DNA of 64,000 bases from Tubiluchus corallicola (lineage: Eukaryota > Animalia > Priapulida), in contig JAQGDQ010000028.1 of the NCBI GenBank assembly GCA_030141605.1, positions 620,001 to 684,000 of the forward strand, read 5' to 3'. Position numbers and translations under genes: made by a program. The notes under the pieces were generated by a model, which was given only the letters and a program-made list of their open reading frames with translations, searched no databases and was not told where the DNA came from. Below, piece after piece: positions 1 to 14,509 of the stretch; position 1 is the first letter of the stretch; each line of letters starts with the position of its first letter.

Positions 1-544
1 GGCAATATGACAACTGAAAACTGGAATATTAATATCACAGATTTCCTATAATTTCCACATGAAAAAAATTATATGAAACAACGTATAAATAACTTACCAA
101 TAACTGAAAACATGCAGGTTGTTTAACCTCGAACATGTACAAAAATATTTGAAAAACAGCTTGATACTTAAATAAATGAGCAAGTTAAGCAAAATATAAA
201 AAATAAAAATACCCAAAAAGCAAAATATTTTGCAAACAAATATAATCAGATAAACAAACTGGCAAGTAATCACATAACAGTTTTGCAGGAAAGCAGACGG
301 AGTGACGCAAAGAAGCAATTTATCTGCTAGTGGCTAATAATTGGTATTAAGCAATTTGCAAACAGTGCAATAAGCAACAGCAAAGTAGTTGGCAAAAATA
401 AAGCAAAACTGAACACAACAGCTATCGCGGTTGAAGTCTCGGTTGTGTGCAAGCTTCATGCGTTGTTTCTTAGTCACTCCAGAAAAGCCAAAGCATTGTG
501 AAACCATGTGCTGCCACCTGTTAAACTGAATGGAAAACGATTAC

Positions 545-3500
545 CGCCAATTTCCACAATATCACGGTCAGCACCTTCACCCGTGTCAATGGGTTTTCTC
601 AATGTCACTTCCAGCCAATCAGCTGAAAATTTGAACGTGACTTCCGGTTGAACAATTGTTGCTAAGCGAAGCAAGTCCATTACTTCAGATCGATGTCCTA
701 GAACAAGAAAATTAATAATATTACAAGCTAAAGAATTTTTCAAACATTTTATTTTGTCCAAGTTAGTAGAAGCGTTTCCTCATCTTGTAAGAATTTGTTT
801 ATTTTGCCCTTTCTCAAACAAAAAGTGTTGAAAATAATGCACAAAATTGCACATGGATTCAAAATATTACTTTTTTTACAGCACATATAATTAAAAAACT
901 CGTCTTTGCAAAAATGTTTTTATGTATGTTCTAGAAGTCACAAGTGTCCCTATACCATCTGAAATAAATTTTTGCATTTAAAGTACAAAGGTATCAAGAA
1001 ATGAAAGCCTATCTACCCAGACTTTTAAGGCCGAACTTTTATCACAGATAGATATGTTTTCTAATGTCTTAATAATACAATTCCTTATTTAATCTGTTTT
1101 TCTATTCTTAGTGCATTTCTGCCACTGAAGTCAAGAAAAAATGAAGTTCTTGAACTAAATGAACGATGATGCCAGTTTGTTTGAGATACTCTTGCAAGCA
1201 CGCCCCATCAAATAGCGGCATCAGAGCTGCAAATTTCCATAATGTTACATATCAAAATAAGTGTTCTTTATTCAAAATTAAATGCTCTTTCTTGTGGTTT
1301 TGTGGATTTTTTTCTTCGTTTGATTTCTTCACATGATCGGCAATCTTAGATAGCATTAGGAAAAAATTCATTTCAATAAGGCTGACTCAGTTTAAATTTC
1401 ATGCTCTCACGATATCACCCTTAAGATTTTCAGTTTTCAATGCTTCTACAAAATTCATGACCAAAAAATATATATACACCGAGCAATTTACTCGCAAAGT
1501 ATTGCAAAAGGACTACTTACGTGAAAAGAAATTGCAAAAATCTTCATCATTGTCAAAATCTATTCTGTTGTAAGGGCAAGAAGGCGAATCATTGCGAGAT
1601 GGCCAACCAACCTGCAAAGAAGCAAAACTGTTAACAAATAAACATATAAACAGGCATGCAAACACACGTTAACATTTTCAGGCAATAGGCAATCCGAGGC
1701 CCAAAGTACAAAGACTATATATACCTTTTATCCAAAAGTTTATGGTAAATATTCTATTATATACACATGCATGTATCATAAGCTTACTAGATGTAAAATT
1801 GTATTGTCTATTTATACAAGTAAGCTTACTGAATGCTTTTGTGGATTTTTTAAACTCATGAAAGTTCGACCAGTGTCAAGATGCATTTTTCTTACACAAC
1901 CATTGAAGTCCATTGATTAATCTACATAATACTCTTCCAAACAGCAAATCCATATTAATATCTTACAGTACCTACCCGAAACATAATTTTTGATGATGTC
2001 TCAACAAGTGCTGGAAGAATTCTCAATAAGCAGGAATCTTTGGATACGTGCTCATGTCGGAAACTGGTGTTCCAAAACTGTATTACATAGCTACTTATCA
2101 CCTAGAAAAAACAAATCGTATTATTGCAGATGAAAACTTGTGCCACCTGCACACAAAATACATTCATCTTAAAAAATTGCACCAAAAAAACTTACTATTT
2201 TTTGATAAAGTAAATTAATGGTAATGAAGTAAATAAAATACAAAACACGAACCATTACTACTGCCCACCACCCACTGCCTCCAAAAATAAACTGCACCAA
2301 AAATGAATTTCTTCTACAATAGTTTTTTCCAGGCACACTTTTAGGGAAGCTTGATGTTTCTGTTACAAGCTGATCAGCTGGAATCATTTATGAAAATTAT
2401 GAGCTATACCCACTGTCAGCCCTGGCCAAACGCAAGTCATACTAAAAACTAAATTAGCTTCTATTTCTGCTTAGACTCCTCCACTAGTCCAGCTTGAAAC
2501 TGTGCAACATGCCAACCGGCCACAAGAATCGATAAGTGTCAATAAATTTGTGGCATTAAGACATCGATAAATGATTATAATTAAGACACTAAATTAAAAC
2601 ACGTTACCAGACTAGGGTGTTTCGTAAACTCAAGCATTGCTGACAAAAATTTGGAAAAGTTTGGTGGTTGATGTTCTTCGTCTTTTCCATGCTAAAAGAA
2701 ATCATCCAAGCAGCAATGTAAAAAACAAAATTCAGTCTTAACAACATAAGTATATACTTATTATATATAAGGCACAGGTGGACATAACATAATTGTCAAG
2801 AAATAAAAAACTCGCTACACCTAAAAGTTATCACATCTAGCCTAGGAGTGGGTTTTTCGACACTCTAATGATGATGTTAGCCATTGTCTCTGTCTTATTT
2901 GTTTCTCTATTTTTTCACGTCTTTATATGCAGAAATTGAAGATCAACAAAGTTCTTGAAGAAATGATTCACGACACAAGTCTCTTTGAGAAACTTATGCA
3001 ATCGTGACACTGTCGATTTAAAGCCATTTAGAACTGCGAACCTGGCAATATCAGACAATAGTACTGTTAGGAAGAAATCTCTCTACTTGCCCTTTAATCT
3101 ATGGTTATACTTATTTAGATTTGCCTGTAAAACTTGGCTTCATTTTATATATTTAGTAGGAGAGCCAATTTTCTGAGGATACTCATTGGAAGAGAAGAAA
3201 TCACCACGTCCTTTGGTTTTTCTGTAATGTTGAATTTTGAATAAAACTTTTATGATTACTTCAAAATAAAAACAATTAAAACAAGTATTTTTTGCTCAGA
3301 AATAAATAGTCTTTTTCAGGGTTTCCTTAGCTTTTATTGATTCCTTTCACTTTCAATTATTTCTTGATACTCTGTAGTTGACACTTGCTTGAAAACTGTA
3401 TATCTATTAAAAAAAATTCCTTTTATTTTATACAATTCGGCATTCTGTAAGCTAAAAACAGCATTCAATGGCAGGACCTACTCAACGATGTCTGTGGCAG

Positions 3501-6500
3501 GAATGAAGCCTGGTTTATCAGCTCTGCAAGATGAGCCACTAAATTAGCAGAGGTAAAAATTGCTACATCACTTGATACCTGCAGCACACAGATTCGTGCA
3601 ATTTGTGAGATATAGTGATATATGTGAAGCCATACCCATAAGTAGATAATCTGGCTTCCCATACCAGCAAGAAGTTGAGACAACCGTTTGAGAAACAGGT
3701 ACTGCTGCTCTTCTAGCGGTTTGACGACGGCTTCAGTGATTGCTCCAAGGATCATGTCCATGGCATCATCACTAAACAATACAAGCAGTGGTTTCCTCTC
3801 CTCTGCCTTCCCCTGAAGAGAGATGTAAACAATGTTACTCAAACATTAACACTTTTTACATTGTTCTTGTGAATTGTAAACAACAGGTGCACATACATGT
3901 ATATTGCTGGACAGGAGTGCTACCACTTTAAATGTTTTCCCAATAACAAATAAGTCAAACTGTATTAATAGTTTTATGCATTTTACTTTATATTGGCTAG
4001 AAAAGCTGAAAAAACAGAAAACTTGCAGCAATCTTCATTATTTGTACAACTTACTACGCAACAGTTAAAGCGTGCAATGCACTTTGCAATTGCTTCAACA
4101 TTCAATAAAAATTTCTTCAATTGTATGCTTTATAAGAAAACTGCACACAGAGCAAATGGCACAGTTACATTTATCACTAAAAACTGCAAGTTTAACTGCC
4201 TGAGAGCTAATGCTATAGTAATACTGCAGTCACAAAGACAAATAATAAGCCTTTTCACAGCTTCGCTATGTGCAATTGCTGTAAATCAAAGGTTAAGTGA
4301 ACCCCAAGAATGCATCTTAACTACAGTCATCATGTGACATGTGTGTAAACTTAAAGAAAAAAGTCTATTGCATCAGTTCAGCAACTTCAGTTGTTTTACG
4401 TGGACTTTACTTAATTATGCTTTAGTCTGTGCATAGAATGACTTACTAGCAGGATCATGCAAAGGAACAAGAAAAAAAGGACTAGGTAAGGTTCTAGCTA
4501 TGCACACACTGCAAGGCGTTGTCAAGTGTACACAAATGCGCTGTCTGGTACTCTTAGCCTTTGGACCTTTTCACGATCATCGTCAATCTCTGGAACTGTG
4601 AAAAGAATTTTTTCTCACCTTCCTGCCAACAATCAATAACAAGCACTCAACCGCTGGAAGTTGAAGTTCCGGCTCACGAAGAAGACAACACAGAAGCTAA
4701 AAGCAACAAAAAGTATGCAAACTTTAATATAATCATAACACTTAAGAAAACAATATAGACTATCACAACAGCCATTCTTCTGCAAACAAATTGTTTTTAT
4801 ACTAGCAGAGTTATATTAAATTAAGCAGCTTACAAATACTAACATTCACAAATATTTTTACATAAAACCTATATAATTCAAATCCTTCATAAAATGTCTA
4901 GCGTAAAAGCAATAAAAGTATCGCTTTTTACAATGTAACGACCTAAGATTCTCGTTGATTAAATAACTAAGTATTTTTTACTTTTCTTATTGGTTAAATA
5001 AATATTGTGTGGCGAAAAATAATGTGATAATCTTTGCATGGAGTATTCCTTTTCCATTAACGGCTGGTAGGTTACTGCAGTAGCGCACCACTGCCACCAT
5101 ATTTAGTTATAATGTAGTTTATTTATTTGTTTGACTATGTCTAGCACAATCACGTTAATGACTAAGTACAAAAAAGAGCGCAATGCTAGCCTTATTGTAA
5201 TGCACTCGCACCACATACGAAAAGAAAAATGGATACAATTGTTAGATTTGTAACTAAAATTTACGGCATGAAAAATTTACATAAAATATCGTTCAGATTA
5301 GACAGTTTTTAAAACTGATAAAGCTGATACATGAATCCTCACTATGCAAGTGTATGTACAGGCAGGAGTGCAGACAAAATAAAGTAATACAAAAAAACAA
5401 ACACAAAAATACAATACATATATGTGTGTGTGTGTGCGTGCATGCGTGGGTGTGTGTGTGTGTGTGCGTATGTTATTAAATGAGTGAACATAGCATTTCT
5501 GGCTAAATAGTAATGAGGGCATCCTAAGAAGAAATGTTCTGAGTTTTCAAAACAATAACGACAACCACAATTTGGAGAGAGAAAAGACCATTTAACTGAC
5601 TAAGACCAATTACCATGCATACGTTATATTTATTAAGCAATGTCATCACAATAGGCTACACTTTTCATTGTTAAAGAGAGTGTGTGAATTAATGAAAATC
5701 TATAACAAAACAAAAACTGTCAGCCTTTTCCTAGAAACTGGTTCAAGTTTAGAATCCCCTTTTCATACTGTTTGTGTACTATTCTCCTAGCCTAGCTAGG
5801 CTTTGTGACTCCTAAACCAAAAATATTTTGTCGGGTCTCTAATAAAGTCTGTCAAAGTTTACATATTATCAGAAATGACTAATGATACCTCTAGCAGAGT
5901 ATTATTGTCCGCAATTATTTGTGCCATAGAAATCCATTCTACAAACCCAGCAAGTGTGGCCAAAGCAGCTTGCGCAACCTTACAGTGACCCATGGCTTTC
6001 ATTTTTTCTTGTTTGTCCGTACTCCACTTCTGTAACAGTTAACTCAGATTAAGTTTAGTTTAATAGTGAATCAATTCCACAAGAGTCAAGAATCGTGAAG
6101 AGACCAAGAGTGAACCGGGTTGAGCTGAACCGGTAAGAACTGAAAGAGTCTTCTACCAAAATTTTTAAATCTAAAGAAATTCTCAAAAACTGTTTTACGG
6201 CCAGTTGCTTTATTAACATCGAGTTGAAAAAGTACAAGCACTATCTAGGATTCAAAATAAACTAGTACCTACAATTACTAAGACAACTTTATAAGCACTA
6301 ATACTCTCTGTTATATTCAGATCAATTTCACTGAAGCTGTTTGTTTTAGTATCATAATAGTTCACAAAATTACTGAAATTAATTTTCATTCCAATTATTC
6401 TACTGTACACAATATTGCCACAGTCTTGTAAGAGTTCACGTGGTCTAGCAATGGTACATAATTTTGTTTTAATAGATCAGCGATGATAAAAACATGATTA

Positions 6501-9500
6501 ACTTTCGTGTTCTAAAACACTCAATATAATGTAATGGCAGCGGCCAAGAGGTCCTGGGTTCAATACTGGATTGTTGCAATCATGTACTTCATAACCAGTA
6601 ATGACGACGTAAAAATATGAATTGACTGCAAGAAATTTAAAGGAAGAAATTGCCAGGCTTCAGTCATGTGTTCTCATGCTGGTTGCAATTACGGAACAGG
6701 TGCTTAGCTGGTAAATGCACCTGGCCATTCACCAAATGAATTGACTAAGCCATTCCATATCAGCCGTTTTATACCGGTATGCAATGCTGATATGCAATCG
6801 CTTCATAAGAGGCGATCCAATGCAATACAGAAAGGAAACCTGAAAACTGTCTTCAGTGCAAAACTTATATATTCAAACTGTAATATGAGCACTAGATATT
6901 TTAAAAGTACTTAAACTTAGAAAGTAACTGAATAAGTTTACACAATATTAAGCTAATAAATTTAAATTATTAAAGCCCGTTATATGCAATTGTTTAAAAC
7001 AGTGGATACTGATCAGTTTCCAGCATGAATAAATTGTGGAAGCTAAAACCAAATTCTACTTGTACGACAATGCATACCAGATCTTTAAATTTGTTAGTCT
7101 GTTTCCGCAATGTTTCCCGGAAAAAAGGGAATGTTTCTGGAAGACTACCAGTCAAGGCTTGATGAATTTCTCTACGACGTTGAGCAGGAACATTCTGGAA
7201 TGCAACTATATCCTCGACAAGTCGAAGGAATATGAGCAATACCAGCTCCATCTGTGTTTCCTAAACACAAGATTTATGAGTATCTAATGTTTGCATTTTC
7301 ATTATTATTCGTGATAGCAATTACAAATAAATAGCTAAACTTTTAATTTATCGTCTTTAGTTGTTAACTTTACAGTTTATAATTCTAATTCATGGTTCAG
7401 CAACTTTGACGATAAATTTGTAATATACATGAAAAGCAACTGCTAGAACTTAAGGCTTGTGTTTCTTTTTTTACTGTAGTTTAGAGCACTGCAAGTCAGC
7501 ATCCAGTACCAAGGGCCTACTTATTAGTTTGATGGTTGTGGCAGGACTGGAATCTCTTCATTATCATACAGATACCACCCTAAGATCAGGCTCTTATTGG
7601 ACAGAAATGTCTGTACATCCTTCAGTAATAAGAAAATAGCAAGAAACATTATGGCAGATAACAGAGCACTGAAATGATATCATGGTGTAACATATCCATT
7701 TACTGACTAGGCCTAGCGTTTTTTACTTCAGTCACTAAGCATTCACAATAATAATTACACTGACATAATATACAACTTCTGGAACATTGCCTAACAATAA
7801 CAGGCTGGTTTCAACAACATCCAAGTGTTGAAATTACTAATTAATTCACAAATATCAAACTTTACCCCCAACAGAGATGCTGCGCTTAGTTCAGCAAGCA
7901 AACTGGGCCACTGCTGAGGCCATTCTCTCTTGATCATCTCAACAATGATCTTAGATAAACCATCTTTAATGTAACTGTGCTCCGTAACAAGATCGCCCGT
8001 GCCCTGGAAATAAAAAGTTATCATGGTAAAAATTTCTAATTGAATTTTTAAAATTAGTTCAACTCATATAGCCCTTTTTATTTAGTACAAATATGTCCGA
8101 GAGAAATAAAGCTAACTATGAAACAATTACGCACAAACTTGATTTTTCACAGTATCTTGTTTAGGCTTGTGTACCTTTCAAAATATATAATGAGTATACA
8201 ATATTGTTCAAATAACATTTCAGCAATTTTCTAGCAATAAAAATGATTCTGCAGTGAAAATATGTTAGACACAGGGCATATTTACGCTAAAAATTTCCGC
8301 TTTACAGTTTTTCTCACATTACAAAAACACACATTTATCATTAAAATGAAACTCAAAATGCCATGTTAAAGACACTTCTAAGCACCAACAAAACACAACA
8401 TTGTACTTTTTGTATGATTATTCTCTCTGTAGTGAAAGGATTACCACAGCTGTCCATAATCAAACACATTGAGTTCGAGTCCCACTGGAGGTGAAATTTT
8501 TTTTTAGATTTTCTAATTTAGTATTGCTTTCGTGCATTTATTCCTTTACTGTTGTTTTCTGCCGTCAAGTAAAAGGCATTCATTCCGGCATTCTGCTTTT
8601 CACCCACCCTATAATTACAAAATTCCTGTGTCCAAAGGAACGCAATCTGTACACCCATGAGAACTGTAAATTCCTTACCGACAGCTCTCCCTCTTTGGCT
8701 TTTTTAAATCATACATACTTGAAGTTTGAGCCACTGTACAATACCCCTGAAGCAACAATTTGGTATGACTATCACAAAAGTATATTGCTTTAAACAAGCC
8801 ATGATATAAACCTGACGGTATTTTCATACCATGATAAACAACATAAAGAAAAAGTGAACTTACTGAGGCTAACATCTTCATGGCATTGTCTTTAATAAAA
8901 ATTTTCTCTTGTTTTGTAATTGCATTCCACTTGTACCTAGAATGTAAATCAGACCATTAAGTGAAATAAATCAATTTTGTGACAGTGTCATAAACATTCC
9001 AGTAAATTCTGTTGAATTTCCAATTCAGTACAAATGACAAAAATGTCACATAAAACTAATAAGTTAAGAAATATAAATTAAGTAACATTAAGTTAAGGAA
9101 ATAATTTATTTAGCATAATTAATCTCATTTCCAAACCACGCAAATAAACAAAAGCAACACGTATATATAAACTCAAAATATTAATTAATCCACTGCTGAG
9201 AAAATGTTTTGTGATCCATATTTTTTGCTTTGTTGGTTTGTTTAATCCACAATACTAGTGTCGTTACAATTACTAATAACAAATAAGTTATCTCTCCCCA
9301 TCCAGAGTGTCATCTTAAGTATCAGTACGATAATGAAATGTATTCTAGTCCAGCCACAATGAGTTACTAAAATTAAAAGCAATTGAAATTTAGACACCTG
9401 ATTATCAGTTTTTAAAGCCTATTTTGTATTGCAGATGTTTTATATGCACTACCGTTATATTAATATTACATTGTATTGCATTTTTTTCATAATAATACAG

Positions 9501-11130
9501 CAAGTTATTACACCCAGCTATTAAAAACAAAGTATGGCTTGATAATACGAGGAAGCGATGTGGTATTGAAAGCTACTATTCCCAAGATAAGTACCTTATA
9601 CAGTGTTCTATGAGTTGTAGTCCAAAATGTCGTATGAAATCGTGCAGCTTTGTCTCGGTAGCAAGGAAAACTCCAACTTCAGCGCAATGTAGACAATTAT
9701 CACGAAAGTTTTCAACAACCTTTAAGAAGTAATGATTATTAGCTATTCTATGTCTTTTGAAATTTGATTAAAACATCGGAACAACTTTCTGAGGCCCTGC
9801 ATCATTTTTGGTGTGGAGTAAGATCTTTCGAATCATACTATAATAAAGTAACTATTAGTTTTAAAATTAAACACTAAACTCTCTGATATGCAATATGCAC
9901 AAGAATTGAAAAACACTAATCCGTTAGCCAGAAAGTCGTCAAACAGTTATGTAAATGTGTCAAATAAATAGTTGAAGGCTAAGCCAACCAAGTTATCAAC
10001 ATGTCAAATTTATCTTTTGATGGCTGTGTGACATTGGATAAAATTAATATAAGTCAGCAGCTATCCTCCTTGCAGTTTCTTTTCTTTGGTACATTCACAC
10101 TCACACAATAAACAAATCGACTGACAAAATGAAGCTGTTAAATTAACCCTTTTCAACAAGTATGCATTGGCTTTTGCACATTTGACGATAACTTCTTGTG
10201 GTGTGTTACTAAAATTGAATCTTGTAAATAAACAAATAGCCATTTGTTATTAAATACTAATATTGAATATTAGTTTTATTTATACACATGCACACACATA
10301 CACGCACTTATTCATGCATGCTTGTGCACACCTAGACAAATAAGCACATACTTATATTTAGAAGCCAATTTACACAAAAGTCACATTACTAATCCATAAT
10401 ATGCAATTATTTTATAAGAATGCAGAACAAGCAACTAAACAAGTTTCACCAACTACCAACAAGCAATTTTGCATGAGAACGTACTACACAGTACAATATT
10501 ATGGAATGCACCTGGCTTCAGATGCTGATTGGCTGGCTGGCTGGCGTTAGTTGTTGTGAAGCAACCACAAGCCCACGGCTGCTAAACGGTTCTACAATGT
10601 TTTTGCATGGTCGTAGCAATGAAATAAACAGACCCGGGTAAGTGCGCTTAGGGCTGAGCTCGGGCGGCAATCTGTTGCCTTCCGTCCCTTACAAGAAAAA
10701 CATAGGCGGCAGTGTGCCGCTTTTAGTAGTGAAAGGGTAAATGGTGAAATTTGTGAAAAGTTTTGAGCCACTAGCAGATCTCATTATCATGTTATTTTAA
10801 ATTTAAATTCTTAATTCATAAAACATTTAAATTTTTCACGCATTAGCAAGAGGGTTTTTCAGTCAGGAAAAAGGCTTAGAGTAATGATATTTTAAAAAAA
10901 AAGAAGACAGGAAGAGGAAAAGGAAATAAATAATGCAGAGGAAAAAAGAGATTAAAAAGGTAAGGACAGGAATCTAGACAAAATGAAATACATCGAAAAA
11001 AGCAGATAAAAAGTTAGAAAATGAATACCTGATGAGCTTGCAGCCTCTGTTCATGTGGAATTGCAGGATTCATAACATTTTCTACAGCTGCAATCAGAGT
11101 TTGAGCAATCTCACGGAGAGCCTCACCCAT
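545..11130 (-). CDS. XPO5: Exportin-5 (pre-miRNA nuclear export receptor), 5' portion, 12 exons; gene continues beyond the left edge
   Basis: Exons in transcription order: 11130-11029, 9719-9595, 8936-8864, 8003-7866, 7260-7078, 6029-5889, 4696-4619, 3812-3636, 2691-2608, 2101-1976, 1611-1521, 697-~545 (last donor uncertain). All are GT-AG and in phase. Translation MGEALREIAQTLIAAVENVMNP...IRHFGLQLIEHCIRYKWN...HSYIKDGLSKIIVEMIKREWPQQWP...ETQMELVLLIFLRLVEDIVAFQNVPAQRRREI...GKAEERKPLLVLFSD...VGWPSRNDSPSCPYNRIDFDNDEDF matches the XPO5 IBN_N/Xpo1 region as I recall it. Confidence 0.95.
4244..4610 (-). mobile_element. MITE family A, copy 1 (XPO5 intron)
   Basis: TIR AATAAGCCTTTTCACAG...CTGTGAAAA; body is the reverse complement of 18302-18693 and 33809-34182. 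Confidence 0.75.
5423..5468. repeat. (TG)n microsatellite, imperfect
   Basis: Direct reading. Confidence 0.9.
8425..8512 (+). repeat. tRNA-derived SINE head (degenerate)
   Basis: TGTAGTGAAAGGATT...GAGTTCGAGTCCCACTGGAGG followed by TTTTTTTTAGATTTTC. Confidence 0.45.
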
Positions 11131-13825
11131 ATTTCTACATACAGATTTGAAAATTCAGACTGACTCACAGCTTCAATGGACGCCAAGAAGATTGTCACTT
11201 CCAACAAGTTCTCATGGCGATGATAAGTAAGACATTTATCAGCTCCTACATATATACGAAGTTAAATTTATAATTGAAAATCATTGCATAACAACATTTG
11301 GCAGTGCTCTACACCGAGTATGATGGTTATAATGGCTAGCAAAGTGTGTACTCATATTACTTTGTAAAACGGTGAGTAAAAGTTTTCCCCCCAATGATCT
11401 AATAATTATTTGGCTCTGATATGCAAAAAAAAATTATGTTTCTATATGATATAAATATCTATACCTGTAGTTTCAATAAAGACAATAATAATTTTCCACA
11501 GATGCATAAACAGCGGGAGAAATGCAACAGAATAAAAACAACGAATACCAACGAAGTTTTTGGGCGAAAATGTTGAGTCCCAACCAAAATGTTATTTTGT
11601 AATATTGTTGTAGCTTAGCCTGTTATTTACTTTGCTCGTATTTATTATTGTTTCCATAGTCATATTTATTTTTATTTTGTATTGCATTCTGTGAAAGTGC
11701 ATTGCTAATTCAATCAAATATTTTGCTACTTGAATTGCATAAACATGTTTATAAAAATGCAGCTGATAAATTTTTCTAACATTAATTCCAAATCCTCAGT
11801 GTGGATGAAAAATATTGGTTTGTTATAGCGATGTTGTCCTATGAACAAACTGATATTTTCAAAACAAAACGAAAATTTATTTTGAACTGAAATAGCAATC
11901 ACTGTGTGTATGTATGAGTGGGCATAAACTGATCGCTTCAAAGGCAAGGTAGCCATCAAAAAATTGCTGAGCTAATTAAGTCCAACCTCTCGACCTCCTC
12001 GGTGCTTCTACCAGCTCAGAATAAAATTCTTTTATTTTATTAGATGTATAATAAATTATTCAACGTGTACTAACGTTTTTAATTATTATTATTACATAAA
12101 CAAGCACAACGGACGGTGACAGTACACTTAACGACTCAATTCGCGACCTGTCTCTAGTGTCCTACTTGGGCAGCCCAAGTAGACCGCTGTCTACTTGGCG
12201 CAGTGGTCCACTCGGCTCCCAACAGAAGATGCAATGCGGATCCAGCACTAACTAAACCTTCCTAGTATCAAACTTGTTTCGTACCATTTTTACCTCGTAT
12301 TGCATTTACTTGCATAAAAATGCTTGACAAAAAACTTCACCAATACGGTATTTACCAGTACTATAGTTTCTCCGCACCAAATTTCCCTGTAACAAAAAAT
12401 TCCCTCGTACCAAAATTATTGCGCACCCAGTGAAACACAAAAAATGAATGAAAACTATGACGAAATATCAACAAAATAAAATGCAGAAATAATCACGAAA
12501 ACGGGCATATTAACAAAGAAATACATGCTGCTAAAAAGAAATTTGCTTTACTTCGTGTGACAGTCTGGCTCAACCACGCTTAGAAACATGTAATAGAAGA
12601 AATCTTTAGTTAGAAAACTGGCTGCAAAGTATACAAAACTGTGCTGTGTTCTTCCAAATCATAGATGCAACAGAAATCAATGGCACGGCGACCAAGTATT
12701 CAAGACCTGCAGTCTGTGGTTAAATTTTTAAAACAAAGAAATCCATATTTCTTTCTTATTATATCTGCATACCTTTAGTTTTCTTCAGTTTATCTGTTTT
12801 GTCTGTGAAAAACGAGTTACCCGCGACTTTGATTTCCGACTCTCACAATAGACAATACTTTTTTCTTCCTTGCACAAAAGGAATTAAGATGTATCATTTG
12901 CTTTACAACAAGCGAATATATCGAGTGTATTTGTTGTTACTGGCAAAGTGTGAAATCTGGTATTCTATAGAATGTCTAGGCATTTTATAGAGTGCCAAAA
13001 TAAACTGCAGGAACTGTGTCTAAAATAATTTACTCAAACCTTTTCCTAGCATTATGCATAACGCAAAAGCTTGTCTAGGCAAAGTGCGTAATTCTTGGAT
13101 ACGGAATACACCGCCTAGGCATTTATATAACGGCAATTTTATTTTAGGGAATGTGTGAATTTGATTCATCAGCTAATTGGTTGGTTTGTTGGTTGAACGC
13201 ATAGATAGGTAGACAGAAGCTGACAACAGCCAGGCAGGCAGCTAGAGAGAAAGACAGACAGATACAAGGTAAACGGGTGGGCAGATGGGGAGGAAGGCAG
13301 AGATGCAACCTTATGGTCTGCTATAATTTGTAAATTGCTTTGATTAAATGGCCTAATTTTAAGCTACTATAAACAATTCGTTCTCTGCATATCAAATTTG
13401 TATTATTAGCAACTTTTTCTTCCATGACAACACTAGGAATTGGTATTTAAGCTATTCACAACATGCCAAATTGTATTTATGCAAGCTTTAACCGTGCACA
13501 GGACTAAGAATGTTTCTATGCACCAACAAGTTTCCCAAGAACTTTAATGAATGCAGCCTCGAGCTTCGTAGATATGGAAAGTGACCTACCTGATTGTGCA
13601 GCTAGCATATCAGAGAGTGCACTCAACGCCAGCTTAATTTAGCCATAATAATGGTTACTATCTTTTACATTTAATTTGGGTAATTACTGTAGCAAAATAG
13701 TAAATAATGTTCGGTAACGGTTATTACAATATAAACTTGCACATCTGCTGGCTGCTGTAAAATAATTCTTGTTGCTAATTAAGTGCATTGTTAGTACGTA
13801 TGCAACTATATACATGTATAACTGT

Positions 13826-13844
13826 ACACACACACACACACACG

Positions 13845-13897
<53 letters not shown>

Positions 13898-13907
13898 CAC
13901 ACACACA
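13826..13907. repeat. (CA)n microsatellite
   Basis: About 40 CA units with minor interruptions. Confidence 0.97.
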
Positions 13908-14509
13908 TATGTAGTACATATAATAGTTATACATAGTTATAGTTATACATATAATAATATAATTCATATGTAATTATTTTTTACAATTCATTAAACAAAT
14001 GTACACTTTTTGTAACGTATAACGTATATAATTGCATCTCTTCATTTAATTATATTCAACGGTTTATCTTTCACTTTAACCACAATGTACTTCACTCTCA
14101 AACAGCAATTACTGTTAAAAAAGCGTATCGCTGTTAAGCCATTCAAAGCATTAATTTGTGTACTGTATTCAATAAGAATACTTGAAAATATATGTATATA
14201 TAAAATAATCTTTATTTGCCATCAAAATATATTGATGATTACTGATAAAAACTTTACAGAGATAATCAATCAGTGTGCGTTAATAAAAACTTACGCTGTT
14301 GAAGGCAAATGCGTCAGTGCAATCTAAACTACTGTGCAGTAATGGAAAGTAACAACGAATAAAATCAAACATATTTACAACTACATGTATGCACAAAAAA
14401 ACGAAAAAAAACTATGATTTAATTAATATGGCCATGGATATATGAATTCTGAATTAGTGTGTATGTTGTCGTACTGGTGTGATACTATTTCATATCTGGT
14501 TAATATTAG

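Noticed and set aside
4697-5888. U12-type intron in XPO5 (donor GTATCATT)
   Set aside because: It differs from GTATCCTT at +6, has no TCCTTAAC branch point near the acceptor and has an ordinary pyrimidine tract, so it is treated as U2.
10142-10740. TTAACCCTTT...AAAGGGTAAA piggyBac-like element in XPO5 intron 1
   Set aside because: There is only about 10 bp of imperfect terminal match and no internal support, which is too weak to call.
13684-13973. ORFs rich in CV/HT repeats (also 5298-5522 and 17579-17968)
   Set aside because: They are translations of CA/TG microsatellites.
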